64,000 bases of DNA from Octopus sinensis (GCF_006345805.1 NC_043010.1:63364001-63428000); one strand, 5' to 3'. Counted from the stretch's first letter, positions 25,938 through 40,529 are shown. Notes: a model not told the origin generated them from the letters alone. Made by a program: numbers and translations.

Positions 25938-26168
25938 TATTTCTTTACTACCCACAAGGGGCTGAACACAGAGGGGACAAACAAGGACAGACAAACGGAT
26001 TAAGTCGATTATATCGACCCCAGTGCGTAACTGCTACTTAATTTATCGACCCCGAAAGGATGAAAGGCAAAGTCGACCTCGGCGGAATTTGAACACAGAA
26101 CGTAACAGCAGACGAAATACGGCTATGCATTTCGCCTGGCGTGCTAACGTTTCTGCCAGCTCGCCGCC
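25938..26168 (-). mobile_element. tRNA-derived SINE, family D (full length)
   Basis: GGCGGCGAGCTGGCAGAAACGTTAGCACG...GTTCAAATTCC head and tail ...CCCCTTGTGGGTAGTAAAGAAATA. Matches 29744-29973. Confidence 0.85.
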
Positions 26169-26895
26169 TTATATATATATATATATAATATATGTGTGTG
26201 TGTGTGTGTGTGTTATAATATTTACATATATATATAGGTGTGTGTGTTATGCTATTATATTATTATTATTATTATATATATATATCTCATAATATATACA
26301 TCACAATACATAATTGTATACTGTGACAAATGACTGATAATTAGGTCTCTGCGTATATTCTAGTATTTCCACAAGAAAACTAAGATGACGATTTGCATTG
26401 TAGTCCAAATTTCATTCGGTTGGACTCTACTGTTGTCTGGGTCACAGAGTGCATAAAGAAAGCAAAACAAGACAGGGCAGTTAGTTTATATAATATTCAG
26501 TTACATCGTCTTAGGCCCGTTTCATTAGTAATTAATAAACATCAGTTAGTTAAGGAAAATGCTACTAAATATTGTACAAACTCTATCTTGCTTTACTTTC
26601 CATATCTTAATACACACACACATGATCATTATTTATTTTTTTACCACACCTGCACAACAGTTTTAACATCATGAAAACAGGATTTTGTACACTTGGAAAA
26701 TTTCGGTATTAGTCCGGGATTCGACAGTGTTGATAGACCAGGACTTGGGTTGAGTGCTTCTCTGGAAATAACCGACCAGGGTCTCTGCCAGATCAAGATT
26801 GAAGCCCGGTGCAGTCATCTGGATCGCCATCCCTCAATCTCACGCCCAACCCATGCTAGCATGGAAAGCGGACGTTAAACGATGATGATGATGAT

Positions 26896-27508
26896 AATTA
26901 CCCCAGTTGCTCCCATACTTCTTTTGAAATACACTGCTTTTGGTTCAATTAATTTTGAAAATAAAGAATTTAGTAAAATAACTTTGTCCTTAGGAAGCTG
27001 GTGTTTGGAAGATGAATCAACATGAGATTTCGATGGAAGATTTTAATTTAGATCACTTTTAAATAGAAAGTGTGTATCACAGAACCAGGAACAGTCTCAG
27101 ACAGGTTGATATCAAATTGGTTAATTCTTTTGTTATTATATTTCTGCTGAAAATACACTTGCTGTTATTTCAACTAATTTTGAAAATAATAAAGAATTAA
27201 GTAAAATAACTGTCATTATTACGCTGGTGTTTGGAAGATAAATTATCATCAAATTTAGAGGGAAAGTTTTAATTTAGTTCACTTTAAACCCTTTTGTTAT
27301 ATTTTCTATTGAAATACACTGTCTCCGATTCAAGCTTGAAAATAATGAAGTATTCAGTAAAATAATTTTGATCTTATTAAGCTGATGTCTGAAGATAAAA
27401 TTCACATCAAATTTTGATGTAAAGTTTTAACTTGGATCACTTTAAAACTGGAGGTTTGTTTAATCGAACCAGAGACAGTCTCAATCAGGTCAGCATCAAA
27501 AGGGTTAA
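26896..27508. mobile_element. Three head-to-tail copies of a piggyBac-like MITE of about 220 bp
   Basis: Repeated GAAATACACTG...GCTGGTGTTTGGAAGAT...TTTTAATTTAGATCACTTT units. Termini CCCTTTTG / CAAAAGGG-TTAA, with TTAA at the junctions 27121 and 27284. Confidence 0.6.
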
Positions 27509-28453
27509 AGATGGTACACTTCGTGGTTGTCTTGGTACAAAAAAAGACAGTTAAATTCTGTGAAGTTCTCACCTGTTCTTTATATATTTCGTGGTTTGTG
27601 ATTTTGCTATCAGGAGTGTATAAAATCAAAGCAAACTTGACTTCTTCCATGGCTGATGAAGGTCTTGGTCATGTCCTATGAATGCTTCCAGTTTGCAGAA
27701 GCCCAATTGTGTCCAGGTGTAACACAGATTTATTTTAATATGTATATACCTTGTGTGTGCATGTAATTTGTACCTTTGTAAACTGGTGCATTAAGTTGCA
27801 CCCATTTATGACAGGCAGTAAATTAGGCATTCGATGAACAAATATTTATAAGATAAAACTGAAGTATTGGGACCAAAGAAACCTTGAAGGTCCAACGATA
27901 GAAACCAGTAAATGTGTGTCTGTGTGTCTATGTATTCTGTAAAAAGCGATAGATTTAATACAAGATAACAAAACATAAGGGTGAAAATTGGAGGAAATAG
28001 GATATGATTATACTTGAGCTTAATAAAAGATAAGAAACAATATATGATGGGTTTTTAGGAAGAAAAAGTGAGATTTGTATCATATTTAGGATTGCATTGT
28101 ATTCAAGTAAATACAGTGTGCACATGTATATAAATACACACACACATATATAAACATACATATGTTGAAGCATATATGTTAATACATATGAGTGTATGTA
28201 TGTGTATATATATATGTTAATTTTTATGTGTAGTTGCATATAAAAAACAGTTAAAGATAAATTTAAGGATCACTCATTATTTTTCAGTAAAGTACCACAT
28301 TTTGTATTTTTATGAAAAAGTTGACAGTTATTTCTCTGCTTTCAGCTTAAAACAATTCTTCATCAGATTGGCTGAGGAAGGACAGTCATCATTTCCCATG
28401 TAAAAACAATATACATGCACACACACACACACACACACACACAAATATATACC

Positions 28454-28840
28454 TCTCTCTATATAAAGCTGAAGTTGTCTGTGTATGGCAGGTTTGGTAG
28501 CCTTCAACTAACACTATCTTCTCCGAGACCCTGCGGCGCAAGTTGACCAAAATTGAGAGTATGATAGAAGAAGGCTTGCTCTTCCTTCCGTAGAAGATAA
28601 AATTCAAATCGAACCATGTTAACACCAAAAATTATTTATATAAAAAAGGTGCTTTTTTTCTATGAAAATCCCTATTTTTCACGATTTTGTGACTGCTGTG
28701 TTGCCATTTTTTGGTGTATTTCAATCAGAAAAATGTTCACTTAACGAGAATAACAAGCTACATAATGCAAAATTTTTACTTTTCAAAAATTCCAATTCTA
28801 AAGGGTCGAAACAAACCCGAGCAACGCTGGGCAATACTGC

Positions 28841-28843
<3 letters not shown>
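28454..28843 (+). mobile_element. Non-autonomous Helitron
   Basis: 5' TCTCTCTATATAAAG; 3' hairpin CCCGAGCAACGCTGGG followed by CAATACTGCTAT (canonical CTAG mutated). Confidence 0.7.
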
Positions 28844-28874
<31 letters not shown>

Positions 28875-29277
28875 CACACACACACTACACATGTACCATC
28901 ACAAATACATGCATGTATATCATTAGTCATTTTTATCTCTATAAGAGGATCAGCAGATCAATGGATAGAGCAGATGACCACCACCTGAGTACTTTAAGGA
29001 CAGGTGATCCCAAGTGAGGATATGTCTATAGTTATTTGTGGACTTCTGTCACTCTCTTAAGTCTCATGCATTGCAGTTTGCAAATTTCAAGTGTTTCACT
29101 GAGAAAATCCAGCGACAGGTTACCATGATTTTTTAAAAAACTGGAACGCTTGAAAATTGCAAGCTATAAAGTGTGAAACCTAAAGCAGTGTTGAAAATCC
29201 ACAAGTAAAGAAAATATTTATCTATCGATGTAGTGTTCAGTACTCAGTCCTACTGTTCCACCAAAATGTGTGTGTGA

Positions 29278-29309
<32 letters not shown>

Positions 29310-29364
29310 GTATGTATAGGCAAGTGAAAATGTAAATCAAAATCAAAATCGATCAACATCAATG

Positions 29365-29733
29365 GAAATTGTAGCTGTGATACCAGTGCTGATGGCACGT
29401 AAGAGAACCATCCGAATGTGGACGGTGGCACGTAAAATGCACCATCCGACTGTGGCTGTTGCCAGCCTCGTCTGGCCCCTGTGCCGGTGGCATGTAAAAA
29501 GCACCATCCGATCGTGGCCGTTTGCCAGCCTCGTCTGGCACCTGTGCAGGTGGCACGTAAAAAGCACCCACTACACTCGCGGAGTGGTTGGCGTTAGGAA
29601 GGGCATCCAGCCGTAGAAACACTGCCAGATCAGACTGGGCCTGGCGCAGCCTTCTGGCTTCCCAGACCCCAGTTGAACCGTCCAACCCATGGAAAACGGG
29701 CATTAAACGATGATGATGATGATGATGATGATG
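29365..29733 (-). mobile_element. Family B repeat with expanded internal subrepeats
   Basis: Family B core plus about 4 GTGGCACGTAAAAAGCACC units. Confidence 0.85.
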
Positions 29734-29743
29734 TATATATAAA

Positions 29744-29973
29744 GGCGGGGAGCTGGCAGAACCGTTAGCATGCTGAGCGAAATGTGTAGCCGTATTTCGT
29801 CTGTCGTTACATTCCGAGTTCAAATTCCGCTGAGGTCGACTTTGCCTTTCATCCTTTCGGGGTCGATAAATTAAGTACCAGTTAAGCACTGGGGTCGATG
29901 TAACGACTTAATCCCTTTGTCTGTCCTTGTTTGTCCCCTCTGTGTTTAGCCCCTTGTGGGTAGTAAAGAAATA
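29744..29973 (+). mobile_element. SINE family D
   Basis: Colinear with the reverse complement of 25938-26168. Confidence 0.85.
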
Positions 29974-31078
29974 TATATGTGTGTGTTTGTGTATTTATAT
30001 GGGTTTCTAAATTGTGAAGAGGAAGTTCAAGTGAGTAGGAATGAATGTCCAGGCCATGAAGAACACCAATATGTGCGTGTGTATAAATATGTAGGGGTCA
30101 CACAGCCCTCAATTAAGTACCTATAAATGTACAAGAGGTAGATGGCCCATGACCTTCATATGAGTATGTATGGTTATATAGAATATGGATGGTCTTCATA
30201 TAAGAATGTGTAGGAAGCTATTACACGTGCCCCTCACATAATTATATATTGATGTGTAGGTGAGATGGTGGAGAGTGGATGACCATTGTTGTGATTATTT
30301 ATGACTGCATAGAGGATAGATGATCGATGAGTATACAAGGGTGCCTAGAAGGCAGATGATTTCCAAGTAAGCAGGGTAGCTTTGAGATGACAAATAAGTA
30401 TTTCTGTGGAGGTGGATTGATGGCAACTGGCTGTGTAAAAGATAGAGGACAGGAGGAGCCAAACTATTATAAATTGTTATAGATGGATGATTGTTACATG
30501 AATATATTGCTGTTAGTGGCCTCCAAATTGGAGAACACATTGGCCAAGGTGGCTGTGTAAAGGCTGGAACAGGGTTATGTGGGGATGGCATGGTTGGTTA
30601 CTGGAAAATAGTTTTATATATATATGTGTGTGTTTAAAGTGAGGTCAGCTATGACCGAACATATCTATGATCACAAGTGTTCTATATGTGGCCATTGGCA
30701 TCCTATTATTTTGTGTATCTAGAACATTATCCAATTGGTCCTTCATTTTTTGAAGACATAGAGGTTGTAATTTGAAAGAATTTGGTTGCTATTTCTAGCA
30801 GACCGAACGACTGCATAGAGGCTACTTCCATTGGCTTATTTATACAAAGCATATAATGACCTTGACGATCACTGAGCGTGTGTTTATATGAATTTGCAGA
30901 CAATTGCTCATGCAGGTGTATTTATACACACATATACTCATTTATACATACATATACACACAAACATACATACATACACATGTACATACATACATCCATA
31001 CAAATGCACACACACACACATACATGGGTAGATGACTGCCAAGCAGGTATGTTGATGGTCAATGACTTGAAATGAATA

Positions 31079-31200
31079 GATGTGCAGTTTGGAGACAAAT
31101 GACAAACATGCAGGTTGATGACAAATGTGCAGCTGGCGACTGATGTGCAGTTTGGCGACTGATGTGCAGTTTGGTGACTGATGTGCAGGTCGGTGATTGG
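31079..31200. repeat. Short tandem repeat with a 19-bp unit (GATGTGCAGTTTGGCGACT)
   Basis: Three near-perfect copies plus degenerate flanking copies. Confidence 0.8.
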
Positions 31201-32504
31201 TCTGTGGATGAAGCTGGTAGATGGTTCACATGATGATCGGAAAGCAGTGGTAGAGTAGCAGGTGGGTGGTAGGTGGGCCAACTTGGGTAGAAAGGATGGA
31301 TACACTGGCCCATCTGGAGCAATACTGCCGTGCAACGTGAATAGGGAAGACTGAACTAAGACACAGGAACGTTGTCTTTGGTCACTGTCAGTGGGCAATA
31401 AACAAGGAAAGAATGACCATTAGGGGGTCAAAGGTGAACTGGAAGCTTAAGCAAAACCCTCAGCTCTTTCAGTACTGTTGTTATTTTTTTTGTTTTGTTA
31501 TGTTTTTTTTGTTTTGTTTTCAGATAAATGATTCCAGTTTATGTTTCTAAAGAAGAAAAAAAAAAGAAAAAATATAATGATAATGATGACGATGATGATA
31601 TCAAACAACTATAACCAAAACCAATAATAATGAAAGTAATAATGAGTTCTTAGTTAATTAAGAGAGAGCATGTTGAAGTTAATGAAGGATTATGAGCTAA
31701 TTAGAGAGCTTCTTTGCAGTCACTCAACCGGTCTTTTTCAAACCACAATCTTTTAAAAAATGGAAGAACACAATGGACAATGGAGTTCTGGATATATAAA
31801 CAGACAGGATGGTCATGGTTGGATTCTCTTGTATTTGTTTGATCAGGGATTAGCTGAGGATCAACGACAACATATTCTTTTAGTAATGGTTTCAAATTTT
31901 TGGCACAAGCCCAGCAGTTTTAGAGGATGGCAGTTTGTTGCTTACACTGACCCCAGGTTAAACTGGTAGTTTATTTTACTGACCCCAAAAGGGTGAAAAG
32001 CAAAGGTGACCTAGGCAGGATTTGAACCCAGAACATAAACAGTTGGAAGAAATGCTGCTAAGCATTTTGTCCAACAAGATTATGATTCTGCCATGACAAT
32101 AATAATAATAATAATAATAATACTTTCTACTATAGGCACAATGCCTGAAATTTGGGGGCATGGAACTAGTCAATTACACTGACCCCAACATTTCACTGGT
32201 ACTTAATTTATCGACCCCGAAATCTATCAAGGCAGCTGTTTTTCCTATCTCCAACTTTCACCTATTTCCAAACAAGGTAATACTTCTTCATGGCCGAACA
32301 TGTTTTCACGGAAGATTGGAAACAAAGGACACTGCTTGTGTGACGGTGCTGCTCATTTACAACTATCACATGACATCAAGATATGGAAATACTAATAACA
32401 CACACACACACACATGATGAGCTTCTTTCAACCAAATCCACTCACAAGATTTTAGTTGGCCCAGCGATATGGTAGCAGACACTATGAGGAGGGTGGGGCT
32501 GGGG

Positions 32505-32718
32505 GGGGGGGCTGCAGTGGTCCTGGCTTTGGGTAAAAGAAAATACAGGAGGATCAGTTAATTACGACTTTATTCAACATATTCCCCTCTCAGATTCAAA
32601 CACTTATTGCCATGGTCCTTCAGTTTTTCTAAGCCCTGCAAAAGAACTTGGAAGGTTCTTTTGCATGAGGCCTATCGCAATACCATTAAAGCCAGGAACT
32701 TTTCAACACCCCTTCATG
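32505..32718 (-). mobile_element. Mariner-derived MITE
   Basis: Minus strand encodes QGLEKLKDHGNKCLNLRGEYVE*. Right terminus AAAGCCAGGAACTTTTCAACACCCCTTCA; left terminus degenerate. Confidence 0.75.
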
Positions 32719-32945
32719 TATATAAAGATGGGTAGGATTGGTATTTTTGGTTTTGAATCCTTACATTCTGAGTTCAAATCCTGGTTAGGTTGACTTGTTT
32801 TTCTTCATTCTGGTGTCAGTAAAATTGTAACAAAGTATAGGGGGTCACTATAATAACTGACTGAAAAGACAGTGCCCCAGTATGGCCACAGTCCATAAAA
32901 CCATAAAAAGATTAACAGAGGAATATAAGATGTAAGTAGATTTCT

Positions 32946-33483
32946 TTAACCCTTCGTGGGCTGGTGAGGTCCCTTGGGACCCCAGCGAATTTTACAAGTT
33001 ATGCAACTTTTACATTTTTTATTGAAAAGATTTTATATTTCATGACTTTTATTGTCAATAGTTCATGTATGCACATAGAAATTTTGAGTTAAAAATTCCC
33101 AGTCATTTGGATATTATAGCATAAAATAGGGTCATTGGGGGCCAACTGGATCCCATTGGCCTTCTGTGAAATTATTTTTTCTGTTCTTTTTTCAGATATT
33201 CTGATGAACTAGAAGTCAATTTTCTTTGTATTTGTTCTGGTATGAATTGATATCCATTTTTTCTCTTATTCTTTTCGTTTGATTTTATATTTAGTGCTAT
33301 ATATATAGTTTATAAAACTATAAAAACAAAGGGCTGAATTTCTTGTTCTGTATCATGCACTCACACATATATACAACATTAAACAAATATTACTTTATGG
33401 ATAATGAGGAAATGTGCAAAACTAAAAGAGGACCCCAATGGCCTTTCGTATAATTCCAACCCTGCCGGCCCACATAGGGTTAT
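32946..33483. mobile_element. piggyBac-like MITE
   Basis: TTAA-CCCTTCGTGGGCTGG ... CCGGCCCACATAGGG-TTAT terminal inverted repeats, with GGACCCCA-type subterminal motifs. Confidence 0.65.
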
Positions 33484-33919
33484 TAAAGAAGACTACCCTA
33501 AACACACCATCCACTAGTCATTACAAATAGCATCATCAGGGATGATATATAACACACACGCACATATACATATTATATATATAATTATTATTACTATTAT
33601 TATTACTTTTTATGGGCAAAGTTTACAAAGTGATTTAAGGGCCAAGAGCTTAGCGCATTGGTACCTATCAAACTGGTTTCAAATAAGGGGGACTTCCTTT
33701 ATAAATGAAACCAGTTTGATAAATGCCATTCATGAAACTCTTGGCCTCTGAGTCACTTTGTATGTGTGTGTGTGTATATATACATATATAAAAATTACAT
33801 ACACAGATGTAGTCATAGGATATAATATGTATATACACTGACTTACATTCACACACATGCAGACCAAAACATATCACAAATAAAAGCACAGTAATATGTC
33901 CAGAATATACAATCCACAA

Positions 33920-34335
33920 ATGTACTGTAGGTGCAGATGTGGTTGTGCGTTAAAAAGTTTGCTTCCCAATCACATGGTTCCGAGTTCGATCCCAATGTGT
34001 GGTGCCTAAGGCAGGTGTCTTCTAATTTAGTCTCAGGCTGACCATAGCCTTGAGAGTGGATTTTGTTGATGGAAACTAGAAGAAGTCTGTCACGCATGCA
34101 TGCATATATCCATCCATGTGTGTGTATCTTTGACTGTGTTTGCCTCCACCACCACTAGAGAACTGGTGTTGGTGTGTTTATGTCCCCCTAAGTTGGTGTT
34201 TCAACAAAAGGGGCTGATAGAATAAGTACCAGGCTTAAAAAATTAAGTATGGGGGTCAATTTGTTTGACTAATATTCAAGGCAGTGCTCCAGCATGGCTG
34301 CAGTCTGATGATTGAAACAAGTAATAGGTAAAAGA
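33920..34335 (+). mobile_element. SINE family C, diverged
   Basis: Colinear with 13069-13451. Confidence 0.75.
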
Positions 34336-34357
34336 CACTGGATAACAGCTTCATTTC

Positions 34358-34630
34358 ATCATCATCGTTTAACGTCCGTTTTCTATGCTAGCATGGGTTG
34401 GAAGGTTCGACTGAGGTCTGGGAAGCCAGGAGGTTGCACCAGGCTCTAGTCTGATCTGGCAGTGTTTCTAAAGCTGGATGCCCTTCCTAACGCCAACCAC
34501 TCCGTGAGTGTAGTGGATGCTTTTTATGTGCCACCTGCACAGGTGCCAGGGGAGGCTGGCAGCACCCACAATTGGTTGGTGCTTTTTATGTGCTACCTGC
34601 ACAGAAGCCAGTCAAGGCGGCGCTGGCATC
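34358..34630. mobile_element. Family B repeat
   Basis: (CAT)n plus family B core. Confidence 0.8.
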
Positions 34631-35020
34631 GGCCATGTTTGGATGGCGATATTTTTTAAATTCTCAATATAAAACACACACACACACATTTACATACATT
34701 ATACACACAATCACACACATATATACTTCAGTCCACATGCACATAGGAAAGTTACCTGAGATAGACTGGAATCCTATCCAGGAAGGAATATGTCTCTCAT
34801 CTGCTCAATGCTACTGAATCTGGAAGTAAGCAATCAACCTTATGAGATCTCCATGGTTGGTGATGAAAATATTTGAGTTAAACACAAAACACCAGGATTT
34901 GTGGAAGCATGAAACTCCAATGTTGATAAAATTTACAATACGTTTCTTATACATTAAACACACAAATATATACATACATGTACATATACACAGTCATGTA
35001 TATGTGTCTGTGCATATATA

Positions 35021-35322
35021 AGAGAGTTCCCCTCCAATGCACAAGTCTAGACAAGGTTGTTTATGGAAGACCAGCAGTCACCCATGCATCTCAGCCTCCC
35101 TTCTCCATGCCACTGATGCTATCCAAGGGAGAAGCAAAGGGGCCCCTGATACAGCTTGGCACCAGTGATGTCACAACTCCTCTCTACAGCTGAGTGAACT
35201 GGAGCAATTTGAAATAAAGTGTCTTGCTCAAGAACACAACACACAGCCCGGTCCAGGAATCGAACTCACTACTTCGTGATTGTGAGTTCAATACTCTAAC
35301 CACTGAGCCATGAGCCTTCACA
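35021..35322 (-). mobile_element. tRNA-derived SINE, family E
   Basis: Minus-strand head GTGAAGGCTCATGGCTCAGTGGTTAGAG...GAGTTCGATTCCTGGACCGGG followed by CTTGAGCAAGACACTTTATTTC...GCTCCAGTTCACTCAGCTG. Confidence 0.75.
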
Positions 35323-35814
35323 CACACACACACACAAAATCATTTTAACATCCACTTTTCCCTGGTTGTATAATTCAAATAAAATTCAATTGGGCAGATT
35401 TTCCATGGCCAACCCTCATTCACTTCCATGTAAGGTAACACACCCTCCTATCCTTCCAGAACTATGGCTGCAGATGACCCCACAGAAGATTGCAAACAAA
35501 CAACACCACTTCTATGATGGTAACATTCATTTTACAACCAGTGCACGATTTCAACAGACTCCATTAATACCTTAGTATTGAAAGTATTGGTGTGGCTGAG
35601 CCTGTAGAGTGCTGCACTAAATTAGTTGAACCCCTTTACATTCTGAGTTCAAATCTCACTAGATTCGGTGCAACACTTTATCCTTTGAGGGTCAATGAAA
35701 ATTATAGCTGTAGGACACTAAAGTCAATTCCTTTCATATAAACTTCTGCTGCTCCTGTTTAATGGTATTGTGAGAAAAGTAGAAACCATCAAAATCTTTC
35801 TTCTGGTTTTTTAC

Positions 35815-36080
35815 ATCATCATTTAACGTCGGTTTTCCATACTGGCATGGGTTGGACGGTTTGACCGAGGTCTGGAAAGCCAGTGGGCTGCACCAGGCTC
35901 CAATCTGATCTGGCCAAATTTCTACAGCTGGATGCCCTTCCTGACACCAACCACTCTGAGAGTGTAGTGGGTGCTTTTTTATGTGCCACTAGCGGGTCTG
36001 GCATAGATCACGTTTGGATAGTACTTTTTACATGCCACCAGTACGGGAGTCAGTCAGAGGGCACTGGCATCGGCCATGGC
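35815..36080. mobile_element. Family B repeat
   Basis: Family B core. Confidence 0.8.
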
Positions 36081-38999
36081 TGAGATCAAATCCTGCTGAT
36101 GTCAACTTTGCTTCTCATTTCTTATGGGGTTGATAAAATACACCCTAATCAAGGTCAGTAGATGGACAGAATTATTAAGCCATTGGACAAAAAGGCTAGT
36201 AGTGTTTGTTTCAATTCTTTATATTCTGAGTCTATCTGCAACAATACTGGTACCAAGCTATTTGAGAGCCGAGAGACTGTCTTTTCTTGGATAAATCGAG
36301 ATGTGGAGAGAGAACACTTTCAGCATAGGTAACTTCTGGCGTCCTATAATGAGAAAAACCTCGCTCAGGTTTACACCTTGGAAAAGAACTTTCTAACTGC
36401 TGATTCTATGGTCAACCTTGAATAATGGAAGCCTTAGAGGAGAGGTTTTAAGCCTGAGAAGTGGGTGCCCTCTTGGAAGCGAGTTGTGAGCTCTCAAGGG
36501 GACAGCAAATGTTAAAAGTGGATGCTAGGTGTTTAGAGAGGGGGTGATTTTTTTTCTTAGAAATAAAATAGAAATCAGGTAAAATAAATATTTTTAAACA
36601 TTTAAATCAACAATAATGTGGTCCTGGATTTCCTGCATATAGGAAATTGATGGAATAGTCATGGATGGAACTACCTTTGATCAGAGCTGACCTATCACTA
36701 ATCAACAATAACCAATCAATACTGGTTTCATGTAGTAATAAAAGTATCCTTTGACCAACTCAGTGGGTCAATAGCATTTGTTCTGAGAATGGTAGACAAA
36801 CCGTGTCGTGGTCAATATCGACCTTCTTCCTTCTGGCATGGGCAGGGGTGGAGCAATAAACATACCAGTCATCTGTTGGGGTTGATATAATTCACTATAT
36901 ACCACCCTGAGACACCGTTAGAAATCATCATAGTAATTGTTTCTACTATAGGCAATAAGGCCTGGAAATTTAGGGGACAGGACAAGGTCGATGAGCAGAA
37001 TTGTTTGAGTGTCAGTAAAAATGTTTTGCAGTATTTGTTCTGGTTCATTATGTTCTGAGTTCAAATCTCACCAAGGTCGACAATACTTTTTATCATTTGG
37101 GATCAATTAAATAAAGTACCAGTCAAGCACTGGGTTCAGTGTAATCAACTACCCCACCCACCCTTAAAAATTGCTGGGCCTTGTGCTTAAATCAGAAACT
37201 ATTATTTTTCGTATTATCACCAACATTATCATTACGTCCATCCAATCAGCTTGTCTGCTGGTCAACCTGTTACAGAAAAAAGACAAGTAGAAAGGTCAGA
37301 TAGAATAGTTTGCCTCAGAGCATCCAGTTGATCTTTTAATGTCTGGCAGAGACAGGGAGACTTAATTTAATAAAGAAATGGCTGAATGTCTGAGCAGAGA
37401 AAGCTTATAAAGGTAAATAAAGACAGGCTGGCTAGGTGGTCTACCTGGTCAGAAAATGATCCAATCATTTAGGGAGTGGCTTATTTGGTTAGGGCATGGT
37501 CAACACAGTGGGAGTAGATTTTATTTGGTTAATTTAAGAATGAGAAGGAGGTACAGTGACAGCAGATAGTTCCTGTAGGAAAGTAAGGAACAAGGTAAAT
37601 TGGTGAGGTTGGATGTAATCTTTGAAATTCTTCAGTTTGGTTATTGGAGAGAAAACCTGAACAGGGAGAGGAAGCTGTGGGGACAGAAAGCTTAGATGAA
37701 ATATTTAATATAGGGTCTGGGAGAGGAGAGACAAACATAAAAGGGGCAATGAGAAGAGAAGTGGGTACACCGAAGGGCCTTCATCAGAGATGATGTAGTG
37801 TTGCATTGTGGGTAAGTTTTAATGTTCAACAACTGTTGAAGAAGAAGAAGAGAGGAGGAAGGGTTGGAAATAAGGGTGGAAAGGGAACAGTAGCCAGGGA
37901 TGGGGTGTGGGTGAGTGAGGGATGATTTCCCTTACAGATTGATTTTGAATGTGTGAGTGAGTATATATGTGTGTATGTGTGGTGGGGTCTACTGTCCTAA
38001 ATATGTCAGCAGTACCTTAGTACTGAGAAAACCTGTGTTATGTAGAGGATCAGGGTATGTGATTGTTCAGTATTGTAAATGGATGACTGAGATGTAGTGT
38101 GAAGAGGAGGGGTGAGATGGAGACAGGGATATGGAGGGAAACAAGAGACTGAGAGAGAGAGAGAGGTCAAACAAGAAAAGGTAAGAGAGAGAGAGAGAGA
38201 GTTCTCTCCCTATCCCCATATCCCATAAGAGTGAGACAGATGAGAGGAGAGAGAGAGAGAGATACATATAGGAGACACAAATATGTAGGGGTGAGAAACA
38301 ATGAGAACCAGTCAGACAGAGGAGGATGAAATGATAAATGTGGTGTAATGATTTCATAATGGCAGCTAGTATATTTAGTGTCTAAGAGTTCTGAAGATCA
38401 CAGCACACATGATAACTGGTGGAACATTGCAATGAAAGACAATGAGATGAAATGAGAGAGAAAGAACTGGTCGTCCTTCCTCTGTTGGCATCCACAGCAC
38501 ATGGTGTGAATACATCTATCTGGAAATGAGGGACACCGATATCAGTATCTCATCTAAGACAACACTTTCAAAATGGCCACCTGAATTTTGAAAAGTGGCT
38601 TAAAACACTACAAAAATTCACAATATCAAACAGAATTAAAAAATGATTTTCATTGAAAACTATGTATTTGGCTTTAATCAATCCTTTTGTAATTAAAAAA
38701 ATTGTTTTGTTTAACTTACAAATCAAAAACAATATGTCTTTTCTTCATACAATTTGAGAAATTTTGCAGTTTGAGGAGAAAAGAAAGGAAAAAAAAAACT
38801 GGAAGATGAGAATTTATTTGGAAACTGGGACCACACCAATAAGTCAGCAAAGATGTCTGTTGTGGGAGTGATTAGAAATTTTTCATAGTACAAAATGTTG
38901 GAAAATGACTTCTGGAAACAGTTCTTCTACGATGTATAAATATTGATTTAATATCTTAAAATGATATATTTTAGGAAGCACACACAAACACACACTTTG

Positions 39000-39029
39000 G
39001 TTTGTGCATGCATATATATAATGTATATA

Positions 39030-39095
<66 letters not shown>

Positions 39096-39280
39096 TGTGT
39101 ATATATATAGATATAAATATAGATACATACATATTTTTGTATATATGTGTGTACATGTATGTTTGTATAAGTGTATTTATATATACACACATACACACAC
39201 ACACATATAAATATATATACATATATGCATACACACACACATATATATATAAGCATATATATACATATACCTACATACAT

Positions 39281-39317
<37 letters not shown>

Positions 39318-39320
39318 CAT

Positions 39321-39354
<34 letters not shown>

Positions 39355-39656
39355 GATCATTAACAGTCATTTAATTTTATTAACAAGCTAAAATTTTGAA
39401 GATTGTATAATATAATTATATTAAAAGAAAAAAAAATTAACAATAATTGGCTGTAGTGGAGAGAGAGAAAGAGTAAGTTGTGAGATGCAGGTGCGATTAG
39501 AACTGACACTTCTTCGTTAACGACTCAAGTTTATTTCCTTTTTTATTCTATTGGCAGTCCTGTAATTATCAGCCTTTGTTACAATTTGATACTGCTACAG
39601 ACTTTCTTATAAATAATGTGTGTATGTATAATATATATATGCATGTATATATACAA

Positions 39657-39688
<32 letters not shown>

Positions 39689-39980
39689 GAATATATAAAT
39701 ATATATATATATATAAATATATGAATATATATATATATATATAAATATATATTATATATATATATGAATATATATATATAAATATATATGAATATATATA
39801 TAAATATATGAATATATATATATATAGACTCACAAATACATACATATATTTGCATATGCATACATATATACATATATGTATATATGTCTTTATATATATA
39901 TAAAGGGAAAGTTTACGAAAATAAACTTGTGTATGTATATATATATACATACACACACATACATACACATGCATATATAC

Positions 39981-40013
<33 letters not shown>

Positions 40014-40030
40014 ATATATATAATATATAT
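39000..40030. repeat. (TA)n/(TG)n/(CA)n microsatellite blocks
   Basis: Directly visible, with a short unique interval at about 39360-39600. Confidence 0.9.
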
Positions 40031-40342
40031 AAAACATACAAAATTAAGAGGAATGACCACCAAAGTGGACTCCTAATATTTCGTATATTTTCATTTGTTT
40101 TGCTCATTTTTACATTTTGGCATTTTGCTGAAATTTTTCTTGAGAACACATTCTTCGGGGTAATGGTAATTTGAAGTCTATATTTAGCATATTAGGAGTC
40201 CACTTTGGTGGTCATTGCTCTTAATTTTCTATGTAATATAATTTTTAATCTTCAGATTTTTTAAATATTCTAAGCCACTGGTTTTAATTGATTAATATCA
40301 ATTTCTCTCCTCATTATTTAATTTATATATATGTGTGTGTGC

Positions 40343-40379
<37 letters not shown>

Positions 40380-40395
40380 TGATAATGCACACATG

Positions 40396-40441
<46 letters not shown>

Positions 40442-40457
40442 TGATAATGCACACATG

Positions 40458-40529
<72 letters not shown>

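Noticed and set aside
28330-28372. Minus-strand CTGATGAAG...CTGAAAG motif
   Set aside because: Stem II is disrupted, and no stem III, cleavage triplet or stem I can be formed.
36230-37760. Moderately complex non-SINE stretches (36230-36530 and 37290-37760) that could be exons
   Set aside because: There is no long open frame with paired splice sites or a recognizable motif; probably very old retroelement debris.
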